Origin: a bacterium
GTDB lineage: Bacteria > Cyanobacteriota > Vampirovibrionia > LMEP-6097
Reading direction: 5' to 3'
Length of the DNA stretch: 64,000 nt
Assembly (NCBI GenBank): GCA_038146805.1
Contig: JAYQSH010000003.1
Span: forward strand, 48,519-112,518
Both the position numbers and the translations under genes were made by a program. Every line of letters begins with the position of its first letter. The stretch's first letter is position 1. Positions 18,815 to 30,237 of this stretch are shown piece after piece. The notes under the pieces were generated by a model, which saw only the letters and a list, made by a program, of their open reading frames with translations, was not told where the DNA came from and searched no databases.

Positions 18815-19336
18815 ATTATTAATAGATCAATTAAACTCACTTGATTCAGTCTAGGAAGTTTAGGTTCGTCATATTTAGAGGAGGTTAAGTATATATATCA
18901 CAAGTATGGCACTCAGCCGTTTTACTGCAGGACCAATAGAAGTTGCATTTAATGTTTGCACTACCAATGCAACTTATGAAATGTAGGATATCTCACAAAG
19001 ACTCGTTGGTGGTTATGAAACAACAAGCATGAATGTTATGGCAGAGATAATGAGAAATGTTAGGATTTCTCTTTTAACTCTAGAGTATCACTACTATAGG
19101 AGTACTTATTGGGCTTAAAATAGCTAAGCTAGATATTAAGGTTGCTGGTAAAATCAAAAGACTTATATAATTTATAAGAAAAGAATTTTCACAGCAATTA
19201 GGTACCATTTCAGCAGATAAAGTTCACTCAACAAGAAATAATTATCTAGGTTAGTTGCTAAATAACTTCACAAAAAAACTAGATAACTTTCTGTTAAAAC
19301 ATAGTTTTAAAACTAAATAAGAAAAAGGGAGAGTAG

Positions 19337-19537
19337 ATGAACGATTTTGACCAGATCGAACTACATTTTGAAAATCAAAATATTGATAAAACTAAATCTT
19401 GCTTAGAAAAACCTTATAGAGTCATTAGGATAAAACTAAACGATAATGTCAAACTCAGCAAATATATTCTAAAAAGACTACTTGTCAAAAAGAACCAATT
19501 TGAAAATTACCCTATATTTGATAGATTTCTAAATTAA
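19337..19537 (+). CDS. possible small protein (66 aa)
   Basis: ORF preceded by aagggagag SD-like sequence; lies in an AT-rich non-coding stretch, so weak. Confidence 0.25.
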   Translation: MNDFDQIELHFENQNIDKTKSCLEKPYRVIRIKLNDNVKLSKYILKRLLVKKNQFENYPIFDRFLN

Positions 19538-19584
19538 CAAGGCTATTTTGAGCTTTATAAAGGTTTTGGGCATAATACAGTCAT

Positions 19585-20358
19585 ATGAAAATCCTTATTT
19601 CAAACGATGATGGAATTTGGGCTGAAGGAATTAGCAGCCTAAGTTCGGTACTTGCAAAAAGCCACGAAGTTTATGTCTGCGCGCCTGATCGCGAGCGCTC
19701 AGCAACTGGACATTCAATGAGCTTACACAAACCTCTAATGGTTACACCAATGAAAGCATCTGACATCAACAGCAATGCTCAAGCCGCTTTTATGACATCT
19801 GGCACACCTGCTGATTGTGTCAAAATTTCACTTGGCGCACTTTTTAAAGAAATAGAGTTTGATTTGATGGTATCTGGCATCAACCATGGTCCTAACCTCG
19901 GAGTTGACGTATTATACTCAGGCACTGTGTCTGCGGCAATGGAAGCGATGCTTTTTGGTTTACCTTCTATTGCTTTTTCGCTTTACAGCTACACCTCAAA
20001 AGAATTTGACGATGCGGCACATTGGGCAAAACAATTTATAGAAAAAAACAAAATCCAAAAACATATACCGGCAAAATCATTTTTGAATATAAATATTCCG
20101 CCCGGAGCTCGCGATAATTACAAAGGCGTTGAAGTAACCAAACTTGGTAACAGAGCCTATTGCGAAAACTACGAAGAGCGTCAAGACCCACGAGGTAACA
20201 AATACTTTTGGCTTGCTGGCGCACCAATAGAAGGACTTGAAACCGAAGGTACAGATGGTTGGGCATTGATGAACGGAAAAGTTTCAATTACGCCTGTGCT
20301 TTTTGATATGACCTATAGAGATCAAATTGAAACCTTAAAAAGCAATTTAAAAATATAA
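19585..20358 (+). CDS. surE: 5'/3'-nucleotidase SurE
   Basis: MKILISNDDGIWAEGISSL...PDRERSATGHSMSL. Confidence 0.93.
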   Translation: MKILISNDDGIWAEGISSLSSVLAKSHEVYVCAPDRERSATGHSMSLHKPLMVTPMKASDINSNAQAAFMTSGTPADCVKISLGALFKEIEFDLMVSGINHGPNLGVDVLYSGTVSAAMEAMLFGLPSIAFSLYSYTSKEFDDAAHWAKQFIEKNKIQKHIPAKSFLNINIPPGARDNYKGVEVTKLGNRAYCENYEERQDPRGNKYFWLAGAPIEGLETEGTDGWALMNGKVSITPVLFDMTYRDQIETLKSNLKI

Positions 20359-20373
20359 GCATCGTGCCAGTCA

Positions 20374-20555
20374 TAAACTGATGCTCTAAACTCCACCTGA
20401 ATCTTATAAAAGCCTTTAAAACAAAGATATATTAAGAGTTTTTTGATACATACAGTGCCATACTGTAAATACAAAATAAAATCATCAAAAGTCTTTTAGT
20501 TATATTGGTTTTTTGAAGATTTATATTTTCAGGTGGAGTTTAGAGCATCAGTTTG
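20374..20555. mobile_element. MITE (~182 bp) carrying the IS1-family terminal inverted repeats taaactgatgctctaaactccacctg / caggtggagtttagagcatcagttt
   Basis: Same termini as the transposase-bearing IS at 22878..23919; internal sequence ~90% identical to the copy at 53971..54152. Confidence 0.85.
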
Positions 20556-20619
20556 TAAAACCTAGCATCATGAGGGTAATTGATATCACTAAGCTTAGAG
20601 CAATGATAAAATTTTTCAG

Positions 20620-21132
20620 ATGCGATTTTTTGTTCATAGCCTTGCCATAATTTGTATTTTTTTTTCTAATATCGCCTGCAGCAAAAATTCACAACTTGTT
20701 GCCAATACCAAACTTTTGTTTGCAGTCGAAGAAAGAGATTTCACAAATGAACAAGAAACCAGTTACAAAGTTTTTGCAAATGGGATTTTAGAAAAAACAA
20801 TCTTGCATAATACAAAAAACCAAGCAAAACTTTTTAGCACAACTTTTTTAACACTCAAAAAAGATCAAGTTCAACAAGCAGAAAAACTTTTAAGTGAAAT
20901 CAAAAACACTAAATACCAAAACTTTTTCCCTTGGAAAGAAGATCTTTACAGTCGTGGCAATGTTTATAAGATCAGTTTTGTTGGCGCAACAGAACTTGAA
21001 TATCTCAAGCGCACTAAACAGCAAATTAAAACTATTAATCACCAAAAAATTCTTTATTATTATCAAGGGCACGAAGAAAGTCCTGAAATTTTTAAAACAC
21101 TTATTAATTTTATAAAAACAAATAGTAATTAA
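20620..21132 (+). CDS. hypothetical lipoprotein (170 aa)
   Basis: N-terminal hydrophobic segment ending FFSNIAC (lipobox-like Cys). Confidence 0.5.
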   Translation: MRFFVHSLAIICIFFSNIACSKNSQLVANTKLLFAVEERDFTNEQETSYKVFANGILEKTILHNTKNQAKLFSTTFLTLKKDQVQQAEKLLSEIKNTKYQNFFPWKEDLYSRGNVYKISFVGATELEYLKRTKQQIKTINHQKILYYYQGHEESPEIFKTLINFIKTNSN

Positions 21133-21133
21133 A

Positions 21134-22054
21134 CTAATTCCAAAGAGTTTGTTCTTCTGCTGAAAACTCACCCATCATTTGTACTTCAGGTTTGAGTTTG
21201 ATACCTTTTTCTTGGATCGCTTTTTCTTGGATACGTTTCATCAAACGACAAAATTCAATTGATGTTCCCTCACCATGATTTTCAATAAAATTACCATGCA
21301 AATCCGAAACCACAAAATCACCTTCTCGTGTTCCCTTCAAACCTAGTTCCTGAATAACAAAACCAGCACTTATACGTTGTGCATTTTGCAAATTTGGATT
21401 TTTAAAAGTACAACCACAAGTAAAAGATTTTATAGGCTGGTGTGTTGTTCTTGCTGTATTGTTTTCAATAACTTTGTTACGAATACTTTCTTTATCTCCT
21501 TGTTCAAAATGAAACACAGCACTAAAAACAATATGAGTAGCAGGATTAATTTTAGAACTGCGGTATGCAAAAGCAAAATCCTTATTTTGCCATTCTTCAA
21601 GTTCATGACTTTGAGTATTAAAAACTTTTACTGTTTTTATGTTTTCACACATTTCAGCACCATGCGCACCAGCATTCATTACTATGCCACCACCAATTGA
21701 ACCCGGAATACCTTCCATCCATTCAGCACCAGTTAAAGCTTCTTTGCTGACATGAGCACATAAACGCGGCATGCGCACACCTGCACCAACCTCAAAATCT
21801 GTAGCGTTGATTTTATTAATAAAATTTAGATCATTTGTTGATAACAACAAACCTTTGATACCTCGTGAACTTAGCAAAACATTTGAACCAGCACCTAATA
21901 CAAAGAAATTTAAGTTTTCTTTTTTTATAAATTCAAACAATTCTTGAAGCTCTTCTAGGTTTTTTGGACGAGCAAAATAATCACAACTAGATTTAACACG
22001 CAAGGTACTAAGCTTAGATAAATCATAATTTTTTGTAATTTCAATTAACATCAT
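21134..22054 (-). CDS. murB: UDP-N-acetylenolpyruvoylglucosamine reductase
   Basis: FAD-binding region FVLGAGSNVLLSS..., 306 aa, MurB-like throughout. Confidence 0.88.
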   Translation of the reverse strand: MMLIEITKNYDLSKLSTLRVKSSCDYFARPKNLEELQELFEFIKKENLNFFVLGAGSNVLLSSRGIKGLLLSTNDLNFINKINATDFEVGAGVRMPRLCAHVSKEALTGAEWMEGIPGSIGGGIVMNAGAHGAEMCENIKTVKVFNTQSHELEEWQNKDFAFAYRSSKINPATHIVFSAVFHFEQGDKESIRNKVIENNTARTTHQPIKSFTCGCTFKNPNLQNAQRISAGFVIQELGLKGTREGDFVVSDLHGNFIENHGEGTSIEFCRLMKRIQEKAIQEKGIKLKPEVQMMGEFSAEEQTLWN

Positions 22055-22115
22055 CTTACAATCAACATATTAACAGATAAATCAAATAGCATAAGGGAAT
22101 ATTATTAGCAGATTC

Positions 22116-22886
22116 TTGAAAAAACAGCCGCATTTAATTTTAATTTTATTGATACTTTTTTTAAGTAGCCAATCTCTACATGCCAAATTTTGTGAAACAA
22201 TAAACGAAGCGGATTTGTGCTTGAACAGTCTTTTAGAGCATAAACTTTTTGATTCTTCAGCAAAATTACACGCAAATTATTTGCCAATACTTGCTTTAAG
22301 AGCACTCGCTCACGCTGATATCTATAAAAAGAAAAAAGATTTTAAAATTGAAAGATTTTTTTTTGAGAATGATAAAGTTTATGAAAAAGATACAGACGAG
22401 CTTCCATACGCAAGTTTAATCGGTGTTGGCAAAGTTTCAGGCAATGGTTTTTTTGGTAGAGAAGTTGAATTCGCAGGCACTTTAAACGCACATACAGTCA
22501 AATACAAAAACGTAATGAAATTTAGTTTGCCGCGCAGAGCTGACATGCAAGTAAATGCTTGGCTTGATGAAATTGAGTTTTTAGATTTACAAATTCAAAG
22601 TGATGCAGACAAAATGACCAATGATGTAAGTGGTAAATATTTTGGTAAAGCTGTAAAGTACCATACTGCACACAGAGATAGTTTTGGTATCCTCGCTGAT
22701 ATCCCTTACAAATTACACACAGAAGGTAAAGTAAAAGAAGATGATTTATTTCATGCAGTTACTGATGGATTGATAGACGAAAACAAAGTAACTGGAGCTG
22801 TCAATTTTATAGAAAAAAATCATTACTACTCTATTGAGCATTATGGACCAATTAGAGTTGAAACTCATATAAGAATCTTAAACTGA
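22116..22886 (+). CDS. secreted hypothetical protein (signal peptide MKKQPHLILILLILFLSSQSLHA); stop codon supplied by the IS terminus
   Basis: ORF ends in TGA inside the IS left terminal repeat (aaactgatg). Confidence 0.55.
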   Translation: MKKQPHLILILLILFLSSQSLHAKFCETINEADLCLNSLLEHKLFDSSAKLHANYLPILALRALAHADIYKKKKDFKIERFFFENDKVYEKDTDELPYASLIGVGKVSGNGFFGREVEFAGTLNAHTVKYKNVMKFSLPRRADMQVNAWLDEIEFLDLQIQSDADKMTNDVSGKYFGKAVKYHTAHRDSFGILADIPYKLHTEGKVKEDDLFHAVTDGLIDENKVTGAVNFIEKNHYYSIEHYGPIRVETHIRILN

Positions 22887-23919
22887 TGCTCTAAACTCCA
22901 CCTAAGCCAAAAATCTCATACTAAAAAACCACGTAAAGAAATCTCCTCATTATCAATCACCATATTATGAAAACAAGCATAAATATGCATTAAATGTTCA
23001 AGATTGACAATCTTTTTTGTGGTGCACCAAGTTTTACGACTGAGCCTTTTTACATTGTCGCGAAACATAGCGGCACTATGATTCAAGCTAAAAAGTGGAT
23101 CCCAACCAGTTGCCTTGAGCTCACCTTGCCCCACGACACAGCCACGTCTCCCTTTGTATGACAGTGTTGTAGCGCCTGCGAAAAATTCTTGAATGAGCGC
23201 AGGGTAATGCCAAGATTTATCAGAAATAAATAGCGTTAATTTGTTACAACAAGCTTGAAGTTCACTAAACATTTTGCGCAGTGTTTTTTTGCGCTCACAA
23301 CTACGTGCGCCATATTTTTTCTTGGCAATTTCAGCCAAATGCCCTTTAGCGCGAATTTTGCCAACGTTTACGCTTAATATTTTTCTGCTTTGCATTTCAA
23401 CGGCAATTGCCATTGTCAAAGGCTTACACTTAGTGTGTTCAAAGCTTTCCATTTCATCAAAAACCAAATCTGTAATCGGCGGGATTTCTTCGCGGGATTT
23501 GGCTAATTTTTTTCTTGCACATAAACCCAAGCGCACTAATCTTCTAGAAATTGTGCGAGGTACGACGCTTAGCACAAGCGCACAAGCCCGCTCCGAAAGC
23601 CCTTTGCAGAGTAGCTTAAAGCATGATTTATTGATAAGTCTTTTTTGTAATCGGTAATCAAACCTAAGTGTCTGCTCAGAAAAATTTTTATTACAGCTTT
23701 TACAAAAAAATCTTTGTATGATTTTTCTATCTGACTTTCTAATATGTGTGCCTTTTTTGATGACTTTTTCTCTGTTTTTACAGCAGGGCATGGGTATTGT
23801 TTCATTTTGAATCCTCCAAGTACAAAATATTAGACAATACTTGACTTTTTATGGGGGGTCAAAAGGCTTTTTTTGATGCTAATTAGGTTTTATTAGGTGG
23901 AGTTTAGAGCAGCAGTTAA
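22878..23919 (-). mobile_element. IS1-family insertion sequence (~1.04 kb) with 26-bp terminal inverted repeats
   Basis: TIRs ttaaactgatgctctaaactccacct (22878..22903) and aggtggagtttagagcagcagttaa (23894..23919) bracket a single transposase ORF. Confidence 0.85.
22916..23791 (-). CDS. IS1-family transposase (single-ORF InsAB-like)
   Basis: N-terminal zinc-finger CKNREK...CKSCNKNF then an HTH (LSERACALVLSVVPRTISRRL) then a DDE-like region; architecture matches IS1 InsA-InsB. Confidence 0.8.
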   Translation of the reverse strand: MPCCKNREKVIKKGTHIRKSDRKIIQRFFCKSCNKNFSEQTLRFDYRLQKRLINKSCFKLLCKGLSERACALVLSVVPRTISRRLVRLGLCARKKLAKSREEIPPITDLVFDEMESFEHTKCKPLTMAIAVEMQSRKILSVNVGKIRAKGHLAEIAKKKYGARSCERKKTLRKMFSELQACCNKLTLFISDKSWHYPALIQEFFAGATTLSYKGRRGCVVGQGELKATGWDPLFSLNHSAAMFRDNVKRLSRKTWCTTKKIVNLEHLMHIYACFHNMVIDNEEISLRGFLV

Positions 23920-25175
23920 TTATGACTATAGTAAGCAATAATTTCTTCTAAAACAATCTGTGTATGAGCATAATTCATACCACCTTGAATATAACCCACA
24001 AAAGGCTCACGTAAAGGACCATCGCAAGAAAGTTCAATAGACGAGCCTTCAATAAAAGACCCACTTGCCATAATCACTTCATCATCATAGCCGCTAATCT
24101 GGTCAGGAATTGGACTAAACATTGAATTAACAGGACTGTTTTTTTGTACCAACTCACAAAATTTTATAAGTTTTTCTTTGCTATTAAATTTCACTGCTTG
24201 AATCACATCATTACGTTGTGCATCAAAAGCTGGAATGGTTTGCAAATCAAGATCTTGAAAAACTTTAGCCGCAAGACTCATGCCCTTGAGTGCTTCAGAT
24301 ACAACCAAAGGAGCCAAAAACACTCCTTGTAACATCAAACGTGTTTGATCAAACATGCAACCACCGTGTATACCAATGCCCGGAGCTGTTGCATACTCTG
24401 CAGCATTTTCAACTAACTCTTTTTTGCCAGCAATATAAGCACCAGCGGCAACGATACCAGCTCCGGGATTTTTTATGAGTGAGCCCGCAATAATATCAGC
24501 ACCTAAATCAGTTGGTTCTTGTCTTTGCGTAAATTCGCCATAGCAATTATCGACAAATACAATTAAATCTTGATTGATATTTTTAACTATTTTAATTAGC
24601 CTTGCTAATGACTCAATAGTATATGATGAGCGCCATTCATAGCCACGAGAACGTTGTATAAAAATCATTTTTGTTTTGTCTGTGATTGCTGTTTTGATTA
24701 ATTTGCTAAGCTCAGCATCTGAATTTTCTTCAACAAAATCTGGATTAATTTGAGCAAGAATTTTAAAATCAACAGCAAATTTAGAACTTAATTTTTTAAA
24801 AGAAGTTTGCAATGTATCATAAGGCAAACCCAGTGCTAATAATTGATCATGTGCATTAAGGTTACCCCAAACAGCCGCAGTTATAGCATGAGTTCCAGAA
24901 ACCAATTGTGGACGCACTAAAGCAGATTGACAATTAAAAATATTGGCAAAAACCTCATCAAGTTTTTCTTTACCAAGGTCATCATATCCATAGCCAGTAA
25001 CCCAAGAAAAATGCATATTTTGGATTTGTGCATTTTGAAAAGCTTGTAAAACTTTTTTTGTATTAAAAGTTTTAATCTCATCAATTTCTTGCCAGATCGA
25101 TGCACGTAAAACATTAATCTGTTCTGCTAAATCTAATTGTTTCTTGTTTGTTTGCGTAGTTTGAATACCAACCAT
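23916..25175 (-). CDS. PLP-dependent enzyme of the methionine gamma-lyase / aluminium-resistance-protein family
   Basis: 419 aa; overall similarity to the YnbB-type family; stop codon overlaps the IS right end. Confidence 0.6.
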   Translation of the reverse strand: MVGIQTTQTNKKQLDLAEQINVLRASIWQEIDEIKTFNTKKVLQAFQNAQIQNMHFSWVTGYGYDDLGKEKLDEVFANIFNCQSALVRPQLVSGTHAITAAVWGNLNAHDQLLALGLPYDTLQTSFKKLSSKFAVDFKILAQINPDFVEENSDAELSKLIKTAITDKTKMIFIQRSRGYEWRSSYTIESLARLIKIVKNINQDLIVFVDNCYGEFTQRQEPTDLGADIIAGSLIKNPGAGIVAAGAYIAGKKELVENAAEYATAPGIGIHGGCMFDQTRLMLQGVFLAPLVVSEALKGMSLAAKVFQDLDLQTIPAFDAQRNDVIQAVKFNSKEKLIKFCELVQKNSPVNSMFSPIPDQISGYDDEVIMASGSFIEGSSIELSCDGPLREPFVGYIQGGMNYAHTQIVLEEIIAYYSHN

Positions 25176-25190
25176 GCTTAGATAATATCA

Positions 25191-25226
25191 CTTGAGACAC
25201 TGCGGACCGTGTCATTTTTGTCCTAT
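25191..25226 (+). repeat. REP unit (variant gagacactgcggaccgtgtcatttttgtcctat)
   Basis: Member of the RAYT-associated REP family. Confidence 0.7.
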
Positions 25227-25298
25227 TTATTATTTAATGTCAAACAAAACACAAAAATAGAGGCGTTTTCAATAAAATTAAGATAGTTGGTAAAAAAA

Positions 25299-25484
25299 TT
25301 AAACTGCTGCTCTAAACTCCACCTGACTAGTTAAAAACTATTGTAAATAGTGTGTTTTGCAGAGTTTTTTTAGGAGATAGTCAGGTGCTTATGTAATTAC
25401 AAAATAATAATCCCTTAAATTCAAATATTGTAAGGCTTTTTTTTTGATTTTTTATTTTCAGGTGGAGTTTAAAGCATCAGTTTA
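25299..25484. mobile_element. MITE (~186 bp) with IS1-family TIRs
   Basis: ttaaactgctgctctaaactccacctg ... caggtggagtttaaagcatcagttta. Confidence 0.8.
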
Positions 25485-25526
25485 TAAATTACAAAAAAAA
25501 TTTCTAGCTCTATAATAAAACAAGTA

Positions 25527-26591
25527 ATGAGTTCAAATCTTTTTTATATACTAGAAATCGCTTTTATGCTTTTGGGCATTTTATTTGCGTGTCAAGTATT
25601 TACAAATGCAATTGAAAACTTAGGTGAAAAACTTAATCTAGCTCATGAATTTACTGGTAGTGTGCTTGCGGCAGTAGGTACCGCATTGCCAGAAACTTTG
25701 TTGCCATTAGTAGCGATTTTTTTGGCAAGTCAACACCAGGCGACAGCCACAGCAAAACACGATATAGCAATAGGTGCAATTGTCGGAGCACCTTTTATGT
25801 TGGCGACACTCGCCATGTTTTTACTTGGTTTGAGTATTGTTGTGCACCAAAAACAAAGAAAAAAATTCTTTGCCGCATCCGCACACGATGCTAAATTTCT
25901 TAAAGTAAACTCAAGGCATCTCAAAAGAGACCTTATATTCTTTTTGATTACATTTAGCCTTGGAATTAGTGTTGCCGCTTTTGAAAGCCTACAGCAATTC
26001 GCAAATTATATAGCCTATGCCTTACTAGCTTTATACGTTTTGTATCTTTACCAGACCTACACGCACAGCCAAGCAGAAGTACCAGCAATCGAAGAAGCTG
26101 AGACGCATACACCAAAACTCTACTTAAGCACATACGCAAAAATGCCTGACAAACTTAGCACAATACTTTTGCAGACTTTCATTGGGCTTATTGGCATAAT
26201 ATATTTTGCAGAACATTTTATAAAAGACGTAGAGCATATATCAAGCTTGATTGGTTTAAGTCCACTTGTTTTGAGTTTAATTGTGTCACCGATTGCCACT
26301 GAATTACCAGAAAAAGTAAACACCTGGCTTTGGTCCTCAGAAGGCAAAGACACACTGGCACTTGGAAATGTTACGGGCGCAATGGTATTTCAAGCGGCAA
26401 TTCCATGCTTTATTGGTATCACACTCACACCTTGGCACTTAGAAAAACTCTCTTTAATATGTGCTTTACTTGCAATAGGCTCAACCATCATTTTATATTT
26501 GCAAATAAGTATCAGTCAAAAGATTGGCTACAAAACCCTTTTATTATGCGGGTCACTCTATCTATTGTACCTATTGTCAATATTTTTTTAA
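25527..26591 (+). CDS. cation/calcium antiporter, CaCA (sodium/calcium exchanger) family
   Basis: Two alpha-repeat signatures GSVLAAVGTALPE and GNVTGAMVFQAAIP; 10-11 TM helices. Confidence 0.8.
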   Translation: MSSNLFYILEIAFMLLGILFACQVFTNAIENLGEKLNLAHEFTGSVLAAVGTALPETLLPLVAIFLASQHQATATAKHDIAIGAIVGAPFMLATLAMFLLGLSIVVHQKQRKKFFAASAHDAKFLKVNSRHLKRDLIFFLITFSLGISVAAFESLQQFANYIAYALLALYVLYLYQTYTHSQAEVPAIEEAETHTPKLYLSTYAKMPDKLSTILLQTFIGLIGIIYFAEHFIKDVEHISSLIGLSPLVLSLIVSPIATELPEKVNTWLWSSEGKDTLALGNVTGAMVFQAAIPCFIGITLTPWHLEKLSLICALLAIGSTIILYLQISISQKIGYKTLLLCGSLYLLYLLSIFF

Positions 26592-26636
26592 GTTACTAAA
26601 AAACTCCCGACCCAATTTAGGATTTGTCTACTGTAG

Positions 26637-29600
26637 CTAAGAATTAGTGCTAGATAAACTAGCAGAAGCTAGAATTTTTTCTAAAGCACTTAGCGTTTCA
26701 TCATTATCGTTAATAGTATAACGTGAGCCCAGTGATACTTTGACCTCACGATCCATAGATTTTAACTTTAAAATCAAAATCTTTTTACCAAAATTTTCTG
26801 ATCGCGACATAAAAGCTTTGAGACTATGAAAAAACTGAAAGTAATCATCAAGCTGGTCAACATCAACTTGCATATTTATAGTACCCATACCATCAAGATC
26901 TTCAAGGCTTTCTACCATGATAGACTGATCTCCCTCAGAGTGTTTCGACAAAGTACCCTTCACCAACAAACGCTTACCTTTAACGATTAATTCTTCAAGA
27001 TCATTAAGCTGTCTACTAAAAACCACACCTTCACAACGTGATTCCATATCTTCTAGTTGCATAATACAAATTGGTTTTTTTGATTTTGTGATTTTCTTTT
27101 GAAAATTTGTAATCAAACATGGAACACTCACCTTTGCACCATCTTTACGATTTTCTAAACTCTTTAAAGTATCACTTGCAATAGTAGAAGTCAAAGGTCT
27201 AATGGAAGCCATAGGGTGATTAGACACAAACAAGCCCAAAAGCTCATATTCACTAGCTTGTTGCTCTCTTTCTGTAAACTCTTGTTCAGCACCACCCACA
27301 AATTGAGGAGCTTGATTAAAAGCAAAATCATCACCAGCAAGTGCAAACAAACTTTCTTGTCCTTTTGCTTCTTGCTCTCTAAGTTTTTTTGCAGAACCAA
27401 TAAAGATCTCCAAGTTATCAAACATGGCTTTGCGACCAGCTCCTAAATTATCAAGTGCTCCTGATTTTATTAAAGATTCAGCAGTTTTTTTATTGAGGGT
27501 TTTAGGATCAAGCCTTGAACAAAAATCATAAAAATCTTTAAAGTCACCATTAAGTTGTTTTTCTAAAATAATTGCCTGTGAAGGTGCATCACCAACACCT
27601 TTGATAGCACGCAAACCAAAAGCAATATAACCACTTGGCATTTCACCATTACTTAATTTCAACTCTTGATTTTCATATTCTTGCAAAGGAGTAAAATCCT
27701 CTTTTGATAAATTCACGTGAGGTGGCACTACTTTTATTCCAAGCCTCTCAGCTTCTATGATATAAGACTTAAGCCTGTCAGTATCACCACTTGAAGACAT
27801 CATCAAAGAACTTAAATATTCAACAGGATAATGTGTTTTTAGGTAAGCAGTTTGATAGGTCACAAAACCATAAGCAGTTGAATGCGACTTATTAAAACAG
27901 TACTCAGCAAAAGCTAACATCTGCTCAAAAAGTTTTTCTGCAAGCTCTTGAGGCACAGGGTTAGCATTAGCCGCACAACCTTTAACAAATTGATCTTTAT
28001 AAGGTAATAAAACTTCAGGTTTTTTCTTACCCATTGCTCTTCTTAAAAGATCCGCTTCACCCAATGAAAAACCACCAAGCTTTTGTACAATAAGCATAAT
28101 TTGTTCTTGATAAACAATTGTTCCATAAGTAGTTTTTAAAATTGGTTCAAGCAAAGGGTGCTCATACTTGATTTCTTTTTTACCTGATTTACAAGCAATA
28201 AATTCATCAATCATTCCAGTATCTAAAGGACCCGGTCTATAAAGAGCAATCAAAGCAGAAATATCTTCCATATTTCTTGGAGCTAAATCTCTAGCTACTT
28301 GTTTCATTCCTGCCGAAGTCTCCAACTGAAAAACTCCTGCCAAATTACCACTGCAAAGAGTATCATAAGTAGCTTTGTCATCAAGCGGAATATTGTCGAT
28401 ATCAATTTTATTACCAGTTCGCTCTTCTATCATGACAAGAGCTTTTTTAATCATGGTCAAGTTACGTAAGCCCAAGAAATCCATCTTGAGCAAACCCATA
28501 TCAGCACACTCTTCCATTGGAAACTGCGTAATAATACTACCATCATTACTTTTTGAGATTGGAATAATCTGATCAACAGGCTCATCAGAAATAATCACAC
28601 CAGCCGCATGTACACCAAAAGTTTTGTTTAGTCCTTCATTTTTTAGAGCAAGATCTATAACTTCTTTTGCTTCAGGATCGTTTTTATATTTTTGAGAAAA
28701 CTCATCATGATTTTCTATCATCCAATCAATTGATCGCGGCTTACCACGAACAACAGGAATTAATTTTGCAAGTTCCTCTGCCTTTGCATAAGGGTACTCC
28801 AAAACTCTAGCCATATCTTTGATAACTGAACGTGAAGTAAGACGGTTAAAGGTGATAATTTGACAAACACTCTCTTCACCATATTTTTCACGCACATACT
28901 CTATAACCCGCTCTCTACCATCAATACAAAAATCCGTATCAATATCGGGCATGCTTTTTCTTTCTGGATTCAAAAACCTTTCAAAAAGCAAATCATATTT
29001 CAGAGGATCAATATTGGTAATCCCCAAACAAAAAGCCACCAAAGACCCAGCCGCAGAACCACGACCCGGACCAACAGGAATATCTTGTTGACGTGCCCAA
29101 TCAATAAAGTCCCAAACAACAATAAAGTAAGAAGCAAAACCAGAATTATTCATGATTTCAAGCTCTAGATCTAACCTTTCTCTAATTTCTTTACTAAGCT
29201 CACCATTAAAACGCTTATGAGCACCTTCATAAGCAAGTTCTCTCAAATAAGTTTCAAAGCTATGCCCCTCAGGTATTTTAGGGTCTGGCATATGCATCTT
29301 CGGATTCGCCAACAATTGATAATCTGCAATTTTATTATAGATCTCAGTTGGTGTTTGATATACAGCATCCAAAATTGCATCACTAGGTAAATGATCTTGA
29401 AAAAGTTGCATCATTTCAGAACCAATCTTTAGGTATTCATGCGAAGAAAATTTCATTCGTGGAAAATCAGAAATATATTTTTGTGTTTGCAAACACAAAA
29501 GCGCATCATGAGCGCTTGCGTCTTCTTGGTTGGTATAGTGGCTATCATTAGTTGCTACAAGCTTGATACCAAGCTCGTTTGCCAAAGCAAGTAAACGCGG

Positions 29601-30186
29601 ATTAACATCCTTGTCTTCTTGATATTTATGATCCATAATTTCGATATAAAAATCATCTTTAAAAATCTTTTGGTATTCAAGCGCCGCTTCTTTTGCCTCT
29701 TCGTCTTTGTAATTGAGCATTAAGTTTGAAACCTCACCGCCAAGACAAGCAGATAGAGCGACCAAATCCTGTGAATATTGTTTCAAAAATTCTTTTGAAA
29801 TTCTGGGCTTGTAATAAAAACCATTGATACAAGACTCAGAAACAATTTTAATTAGATTCTTAAAACCATTATCATTTTTAGCGAGTAAAACCAAATGATA
29901 AAGCTTACATCTATGCTCTTTACCTTTTAGAGTATGATCATTATTAATCACATAAACTTCACAACCAATAATTGGTTTTACCCCATGATTTTTTAGCAGT
30001 GTTATAAAACTTATAAGCACCAAACATTGTGCCATGATCAGTTAATGCTAAACCCGGAATATCATTTTCTGCGGCTTTTTTACAAATATCCTCAAGTCGA
30101 GACGCACCATCTAACAAAGAAAATTCTGTATGCAAATGCAAAGGAATATGTTTTGCTTCTTTAAGTTTGTCTTGAACTTCTGGCAC
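26637..30186 (-). CDS. dnaE: DNA polymerase III alpha subunit; frame interrupted at a T6/A6 run (29989..29994), leaving the N-terminal PHP segment in ORF 29959..30186 and the remainder in 26637..30035
   Basis: The N-terminal fragment HIPLHLHTEFSLLDGASRLEDICKKAAENDIPGLALTDHGTMFGAYKFYNTAK continues in another frame as NHGVKPIIGCEVYV...; the rest reads as full-length DnaE. Confidence 0.9.
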
Positions 30187-30237
30187 TGTTAATATTTTAA
30201 AATATATAGAGGGTCTTTTTCTAAAAAAATATTATAA

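Noticed and set aside
18840-19336. AT-rich 500-bp stretch with a 26-codon ATG ORF and a perfect hairpin gttgcat..atgcaac
   Set aside because: No SD, no conservation evidence, composition typical of intergenic DNA; insufficient to call an sRNA or peptide
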